Shown: one piece after another, positions 60,245 through 64,000 of the stretch
How the letters are laid out: each line of letters begins with the position of its first letter
Numbering within the stretch: position 1 is the stretch's first letter
NCBI GenBank assembly: GCA_963664225.1
Contig: OY760937.1
Location: 5,280,001-5,344,000 of the forward strand
Length of the DNA: 64,000 nucleotides
Reading direction: 5' to 3'
Source of the DNA: Verrucomicrobiia bacterium
Lineage (GTDB): Bacteria; Verrucomicrobiota; Verrucomicrobiia; Limisphaerales; UBA1319
Program-made: the position numbers and the translations under genes
The notes under the pieces: model-generated
Told to the model about the DNA's origin: nothing
Database searches by the model: none
The model's input: the letters and a program-made list of their open reading frames with translations, nothing else

Positions 60245-61615
60245 CTATTTGCCGATGCAGAATTGGCTGAAAATGGTGTCGAGGAGGTCTTCGGTGGTAG
60301 TCTGGCCCACGATTTCGCCCACGGCATTGACCGCAATCCGTAGTTCCATCGCGGTGAGTTCGAGCGGGACGTCGTCGCGGAGGGTGGAAAGAGTGTTTTC
60401 TGCCGCATGGGCGGCGCGCTCAAGGGCTTTCTGATGTCTGGAATTGATCATGACATCGAGCATTTCGTTCTTAATTTCGCCGCTCCAGACGGTTTCCTTG
60501 ATCTTATCCTTGAGGGCTTCAATTCCCGTTCCTGTTGTGCAACATACTGGAATGGCAATGTGTTGCGTGCCGTCTGGGAGCGTCAGGCGCGCGGGCAGAT
60601 CGGATTTGTTGAGGATGAGCAGGCGCGGTTTGGTGCCAAAGTCAGCGAGGCTGTCGTTATCAGCCACTGAATCAGGCTCGGATTGATCGAAAACATGGAG
60701 AATGAGTTCCGCCTGACCCATGGTTTGTTTGCTGCGGCGCAAGCCCTCCTTTTCGATGGGATCGTGGGAATGGCGGAGTCCGGCCGTATCGATGAAAACG
60801 ACCGGGATGCCCCTGATGTTGGCCGTTTCCTCGATGGTATCGCGGGTGGTGCCGGCGATGGGGGAGACAATGGCGCGGTCGTGTCCGAGTAATTGGTTGA
60901 GCAGGCTCGATTTCCCGGCATTGGGTTTGCCGACAATGGCCACGCGGATGCCGCGCCTGAGAATCTGGCCTTCGCGTGAGGTCGCCAGCAATTCCCGCAT
61001 GAACGCGAGTGCTTTTTCGATTTTCAGGGCCAGTTGGTCTTTGGTGGCGGGGGCAATATCCTCCTCGGGAAAATCGATGTGGGCTTCGACATGGGCCAGA
61101 ATGGAGAGCAAGTCGTTGCGCAGAATCTGGATGCGCGCCGAGAGTTTGCCCGCCAGTTGTTCATGGGCGGCGGCAAGGGAGAGTTCCGTGCGGGAGTGGA
61201 TGAGATCGGCAACGGCCTCGGCCTGGGTCAGATCGATGCGACCGTTGATGAAGGCGCGTTTAGTGAATTCGCCGGGCTGCGCCAACCGGGCGCCATGGGC
61301 CAGGACGGCATCGAGGACGAGCTTCGTGACGAGGATACCCCCGTGACAGGTGATCTCCACCATGTCTTCGCGCGTGAAGGTGCGGGGGGCGCGCAGGATC
61401 GCAAGCATGACTTCATCAATGACATGGCCGTCGCGCTGGATCTTCCCATAGTGGAGCGTATGGGAGGGGGCCTCGATGGGCTTTCGGGACTCGCGGCCAA
61501 TGGGTTCAAACCATGCGTTGGCCATTTGAATGGCTTTGGGGCCAGACAAACGGACGACGGCCAGTCCCGCCTCGCCGAGGGGCGTGGAAATGGCCGCTAT
61601 GGTGTCTTCCAACAT
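60245..61615 (-). CDS. mnmE: tRNA modification GTPase MnmE
   Basis: 'DTIAAISTP', 'PGEFTKRAFING', 'GKPNAGKSS', 'GTTRD', 'DTAG', 'NKSD', 'FCIGK'. Confidence 0.97.
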   Translation of the reverse strand: MLEDTIAAISTPLGEAGLAVVRLSGPKAIQMANAWFEPIGRESRKPIEAPSHTLHYGKIQRDGHVIDEVMLAILRAPRTFTREDMVEITCHGGILVTKLVLDAVLAHGARLAQPGEFTKRAFINGRIDLTQAEAVADLIHSRTELSLAAAHEQLAGKLSARIQILRNDLLSILAHVEAHIDFPEEDIAPATKDQLALKIEKALAFMRELLATSREGQILRRGIRVAIVGKPNAGKSSLLNQLLGHDRAIVSPIAGTTRDTIEETANIRGIPVVFIDTAGLRHSHDPIEKEGLRRSKQTMGQAELILHVFDQSEPDSVADNDSLADFGTKPRLLILNKSDLPARLTLPDGTQHIAIPVCCTTGTGIEALKDKIKETVWSGEIKNEMLDVMINSRHQKALERAAHAAENTLSTLRDDVPLELTAMELRIAVNAVGEIVGQTTTEDLLDTIFSQFCIGK

Positions 61616-61621
61616 GGCGGC

Positions 61622-62608
61622 CTACCGGGCGGCGTCCTGTTGCTTTTGGATGAGAAAATCGCACCATGCATCCATGCCACTGCCGGTCTTGGAAGAGAGT
61701 TCAAAGATTCGGGCCTGGGGGGCGAGTCGTCGGATGTTGGCCACGGCTTCATCCCGTCGAAATTCAGTGGCGGCAGCGAGGTCCATTTTGCTGAGGATCA
61801 CGACATGGGCGTTGCTGAAAATGGGCGGATATTTCAGGGGCTTGTCCTCGCCTTCGGTCACGGAATGCAGGACAACGCGCAAATCCTCGCCCAGATCGTA
61901 GGAGGCCGGGCAAACGAGGTTGCCGACGTTCTCGATGACGAGCAGGTCGAGGTGTTCGAGGTCGAGTTGGCTCATGGCCTTGGAAACCATTTCCGCGTCC
62001 AGATGGCAGACCGTGCCGGTCGTGATTTGAACCGCAGGGGCGCCGGCCGCGCGCAGGCGCCTGGCGTCATTATCCGTTTCCAAATCGCCCACAATCACCC
62101 CGGCGCGCAGGCGCTTGCCGAGGTGCGTGATCGTTTTTTGGAGCAGGGTGGTCTTGCCCGCGCCCGGCGAGGACAGCACGTTGATCACGAGGAGTTTTTT
62201 CGCCTTGAAATAACCGCGGTTGCGCTCTGCCAGGCGATCGTTTTGGTCCAGAACCGGCTGGTTGAGCGTCAACACCTCGTGGGGATGTTCATGCGGATGT
62301 TCATGATCCTCGGGGTGGTCATGAGGATGCTCGTGATCGTGGGGATGATCATGGGGATGGCTGTGCGGCTCATCGTGAGAATGGAGCGAATCGTGTGCAT
62401 GACCGACTTCCGAGGCGGACTCATGTTCATGACTGTGTTCGTGAGAGTGGCTGTGCGCGGCTCCGCCCTCATGCTCATGGGCATGCGCGTGGCTGTGTCC
62501 ATGGCCGGAGCCGCTGGCGGCGCCAGTAAAAGGGGAGGGCACCTGGCTGCCAGGGGTGCCGTTGATACTCACTTCCCGGGGCAGACCGCATCCGCATTCG
62601 TCGCACAT
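61622..62608 (-). CDS. hypB: Hydrogenase nickel incorporation GTPase HypB with long His-rich region
   Basis: N-terminal 'CDECGC', about 30 His residues, '[11 protein letters not shown]', 'CHLDA', '[10 protein letters not shown]', '[10 protein letters not shown]'. Confidence 0.96.
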   Translation of the reverse strand: MCDECGCGLPREVSINGTPGSQVPSPFTGAASGSGHGHSHAHAHEHEGGAAHSHSHEHSHEHESASEVGHAHDSLHSHDEPHSHPHDHPHDHEHPHDHPEDHEHPHEHPHEVLTLNQPVLDQNDRLAERNRGYFKAKKLLVINVLSSPGAGKTTLLQKTITHLGKRLRAGVIVGDLETDNDARRLRAAGAPAVQITTGTVCHLDAEMVSKAMSQLDLEHLDLLVIENVGNLVCPASYDLGEDLRVVLHSVTEGEDKPLKYPPIFSNAHVVILSKMDLAAATEFRRDEAVANIRRLAPQARIFELSSKTGSGMDAWCDFLIQKQQDAAR

Positions 62609-62612
62609 AAAT

Positions 62613-62954
62613 TTAAGAGACTTCCATCGAAGTTAATTCAAGCTCGCGCCCGCGCCGTAATTCGAGGCTGGGTTGGGAGCACTTTGGGCATTCCCGATTC
62701 CAGTCTTCAACCTGGAACTCGGACGCGCACTTTTCGCACCAATAGACCGCGGGAATTTGCTCAATTTCCAGGGTCGCTTTTTCCGCCATGGTGCCTTTGC
62801 GCAGCGCTTCAAAAGCAAACGTCATGGAGTCTGGAACCACGCCGGCCAAAGCGCCCACACGCATGCGTACCAGGTGAATTTCGCGGGCGCCGGACTTTTG
62901 CGCCGTTGAAATGGCCAGGTCCAGCGTGCCTTGAACAATGCCTAACTCATGCAT
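62613..62954 (-). CDS. hypA: Hydrogenase maturation nickel metallochaperone HypA
   Basis: 'MHE' nickel-binding start, two CxxC motifs, 'GREL'. Confidence 0.96.
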   Translation of the reverse strand: MHELGIVQGTLDLAISTAQKSGAREIHLVRMRVGALAGVVPDSMTFAFEALRKGTMAEKATLEIEQIPAVYWCEKCASEFQVEDWNRECPKCSQPSLELRRGRELELTSMEVS

Positions 62955-64000
62955 GACGATGGGATAACGCTAATCGGATACAGGCCTGTGTCAAGGTTTC
63001 GCCGTTTTAACCACGAAAGGGCCGAATCATGTGTGCTAGAAGTATATATGAAACGAATAGACTTGGGGTTTGCCGAAGGTTGTTGGCCGATCGCCGGAGG
63101 CGGGATGAGGGTATGTGGCATGCAACATATTCAGGCGCAGAACCTTGTAACCCAGGTGTCCTCACCGGGCGTCTTCCGTGTTTTCGTCCATTTTTGCTTT
63201 TGCCGCCTGCCTGAATTTTGTCCTGCGCTCAATTGCAACGGCCGCCAGCCGTCTGACAAAATTCCCTCGAACGAATGGCTTCATGGAGGACGACCCCGGC
63301 CATAACCGTTTCAATCAATCCCTCCGCAAGCAGCGCATTCTTGCGTTCAACCGGTTGACCACGGGTTGATTGCTGGTCAACCGGATTGATTGGGTTGACC
63401 ACGATCTTGGCGGGAGTGGATCGGAATCATTAATGACGAAAACGCAGGATTGAGTCAGGATCTGCAGACGCGTTATCGAGCCACCACAGAAAAAACCGAA
63501 AAAAAAGAATCGGAGCAGCAACGTTTTATTCTGGTGAGCCCTGGACTAATGGAACCCCTCCCACGCCTGCTGGCCCACCGCCACATCACCCGTACCAATT
63601 CCATGTTCGTCGGTGCTCTAAAATCCCGTATTTTGTCGGGCATGGGTCAAAGCATAGTATGGTTCGGTATTCATCTTCTGATGGGTTCTTAGACCAATTG
63701 CCTGAAACGGCATGGGGGAAAAGGGATGGACAAGTGCGATTCCTTTTCAGCGGTGGCAGGGTCGAATCTTCTGTTGCCAAAGCGATTTATGGGGAGCAGG
63801 CTGCATTTGTTGTCAACGATGTATTTGCCATGAGGACGGCCAATTCATTCGCCTAATCCAATCGGCTGAGCTTGATCGGTTCGGACGGCCACAGCTCTGG
63901 AGGGTGTTATTGTGAACAAATCAGGACATGAAAAGCGAACAATACTAATGGGTGGACCCCTTACGATCCGCCTGGGGCGAATCCTGCACTTCATTAAGGT

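Noticed and set aside
62280..62510. Short tandem repeats as a CRISPR-like or VNTR array
   Set aside because: They encode the His-rich tract of HypB. No repeat-spacer array or cas gene was seen anywhere in the window.
61034..62956. 640-aa plus-strand ORF
   Set aside because: Antisense shadow of hypA/hypB/mnmE; no recognisable motifs, expected in GC-rich coding DNA.
63366..63380. FNR box
   Set aside because: TTGAT-N5-GTCAA has a 5-nt spacer rather than the 4 nt of TTGAT-N4-ATCAA.

Overview
Bacterial window, probably Verrucomicrobiota (inferred from protein styles, not tested), in three parts. (1) About 1-23.4 kb is decayed accessory DNA. It holds an IS200/IS605 tnpA-only element, a 5'-truncated DDE transposase, many gene fragments (some present as two diverged copies) and two att-like copies of a tRNA-Gly 3' end (5535-5561, 23357-23383). 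Its intact cargo is an orphan AlgI/AlgJ/AlgX-type O-acetylation cluster with a large PA14/PKD/LamG protein, a beta-propeller protein, a Tat-exported Gfo/Idh/MocA oxidoreductase, a beta-helix protein and a DUF4139 protein. (2) About 23.6-54.6 kb is a 31-kb arabinoxylan/hemicellulose utilisation locus (GH3, GH10, GH27, GH29, GH43, 2x GH51, GH146, 4x CE1, CE6, carboxylesterase, GPH transporter, malectin lipoprotein) with no SusC/SusD genes in the window. It ends in a NarL-type two-component system whose kinase has a circularly permuted PA14 domain inserted in its sensor region. An 18-bp palindrome (ATGAGYA-N4-TRCYYAK) occurs five times: twice at each divergent CAZyme promoter and once upstream of the kinase, suggesting a self-contained glycan-sensing regulon. 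(3) About 54.8-64 kb has a serine hydrolase followed by core genes (xerC, topB, mnmE, hypB, hypA). All assignments come from motif recognition by eye; no searches were run.
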